Position numbers and translations under genes: made by a program. DNA of 64,000 nucleotides from Takakia lepidozioides (taxonomy: Eukaryota > Plantae > Bryophyta), in the NCBI GenBank assembly GCA_030704615.1, contig CM060733.1:56606001-56670000 (forward strand), written 5' to 3'. The first letter of the stretch is position 1; each line of letters opens with the position of its first letter. The notes beneath the pieces were generated by a model that worked only from the letters and a program-made list of their open reading frames with translations, searched no databases and was not told the origin of the DNA. Positions 62,882-64,000 of the stretch are shown piece after piece.

Positions 62882-64000
62882 TCACGCTGCAGCAAACTCC
62901 ACCTGCTCTAGTGGTAGTGCTGCTCCGCACATAAATCCCATGCCTCCCATATCTCCTCCCTCAGGAGCAGGAGGTGGACCATCCCGCCTGGGAGCCGGTA
63001 CCGCCTGAGCTATAGCCATGGCAGCGAGCCTCTGCTCTAGCTGCTGAAGCCGGTTGGCCATGCCTTGATCAACGCCCTGACCTCCGCGTCCTTGGCCATG
63101 TTGAGCTTGCCCTTGGCCTGCACCTCGTGCCCGACCACCTCGTCCTCCTGGGCTGGTCCACTCGCCCCGGCCACCATTGTTCCCTTGGAACTGGCCTGGG
63201 CGCAACTCAGGATGCAAGTCATAACACTGGGCATCTCCATGCCCATACTTGCCACAATGCCCACACTGCAAACTGTGCAGGCTGTGCTTGTGCCGGCCTT
63301 CTGCCACTCTCTGGCAATCTCTCTTGACATGGGGTCCTCCACATGTCCAACATATCACCCCTGGTTGCTGTTGGCCTGCAAAAGATGCCACGGGCCTCTG
63401 CACCTGAGGTCCCCTGTAAGCTCCATGGAACTTGGGCTGGGCAACCTTGCCCCCCTGACCACGCTGTTGGGCAGTCCCTTGTGCTTGTGGGCTGACAGCT
63501 GTGCCCCGTACAGGCATGTCCTTGCCAAATCCAATTGTAACAACTCGCTCCTCCACCATGTTGAGCTCAATCCGCTCAGCCAGCAGAAACACATCTGCTA
63601 ATGTGGGTTGGGCTGCTTGTAACAGGGTTGCATCTCGCACCCTTCTCTTGAGCTCCTTGTCCAAATTCCATACCAAAACTGGATTGCCTGAGCTTCAGTA
63701 ACCCCTTGGGTCACACTTATCAAGCGCCTCATACGAGTGTACGCCTCTCGCAGGCTCTCACTGGGTTTGCGCTGGAAGTCTTGCAAACTTCGCAGCTTCT
63801 CTGTCCGTACACCTTGGTAGTTCCTCCGCAACTCCTGGAAGACTCCACCACCGGGTTGAATCTAGGCACATGTGTTGTAGTTGTGGCAGGAGGAGTAGTA
63901 GCACCTTTTGAACTGGTACCACCTGCAGAAGTACCAGCACTACCTGCTCCACTACTAGTGCTGGCAGTGGGAGCTATTGGTACTGATGCAGCTACTGGTC
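62882..64000 (-). CDS. gag (retrotransposon gag domain plus two zinc knuckles), frameshifted, 5' incomplete
   Basis: LRSLQDFQRKPSESLREAYTRMRRL; CWTCGGPHVKRDC and CGHCGKYGHGDAQC; RGG-rich tail. Confidence 0.85.

Larger units (their letters stand above)
56493..64000 (-). mobile_element. Ty3/Gypsy LTR retrotransposon: gag(2xCCHC)-PR-DNMT-RT-RNaseH-INT-PHD; decayed; 5' end beyond the window
   Basis: Domain order PR-RT-RH-INT. Polypurine tract AGGGGGGCGAT (57020-57010) lies immediately before TGTGGCAG. 3' LTR at 57009-56493. Multiple frameshifts. Confidence 0.95.

Overview
Eukaryotic nuclear DNA from a land plant, most likely a bryophyte such as a moss. This is an inference from the GT-AG spliced genes, plant-specific PLATZ/ERF/PPR families and the repeat types. 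Positions 1-52 kb hold nine recognisable host genes: a RING/coiled-coil protein, a small conserved probably plastid protein, SNRNP40, PLATZ, NDUFB8, a BOD1/Shg1-domain protein, an ERF084-like AP2/ERF, a DHRS12-like SDR and a spliced MCTP. They are interspersed with small transposon remnants, including a non-autonomous Helitron and a decayed Replitron-type HUH transposase. Positions 52.6-64 kb are a nested transposon stack: an L1-type LINE, a PPR fragment, an LTR with a Tf1-like 11-nt self-priming signature, and a minus-strand Ty3/Gypsy element inserted into the gag of that LTR element. The standout is this Ty3/Gypsy element. Its pol carries a C5-cytosine DNA methyltransferase domain between protease and reverse transcriptase, and its integrase ends in a PHD finger, so one retrotransposon encodes both a DNA-methylation writer and a chromatin reader. 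The copy is decayed by frameshifts and its 5' end lies outside the window. All calls come from reading motifs by eye; no database searches were run.
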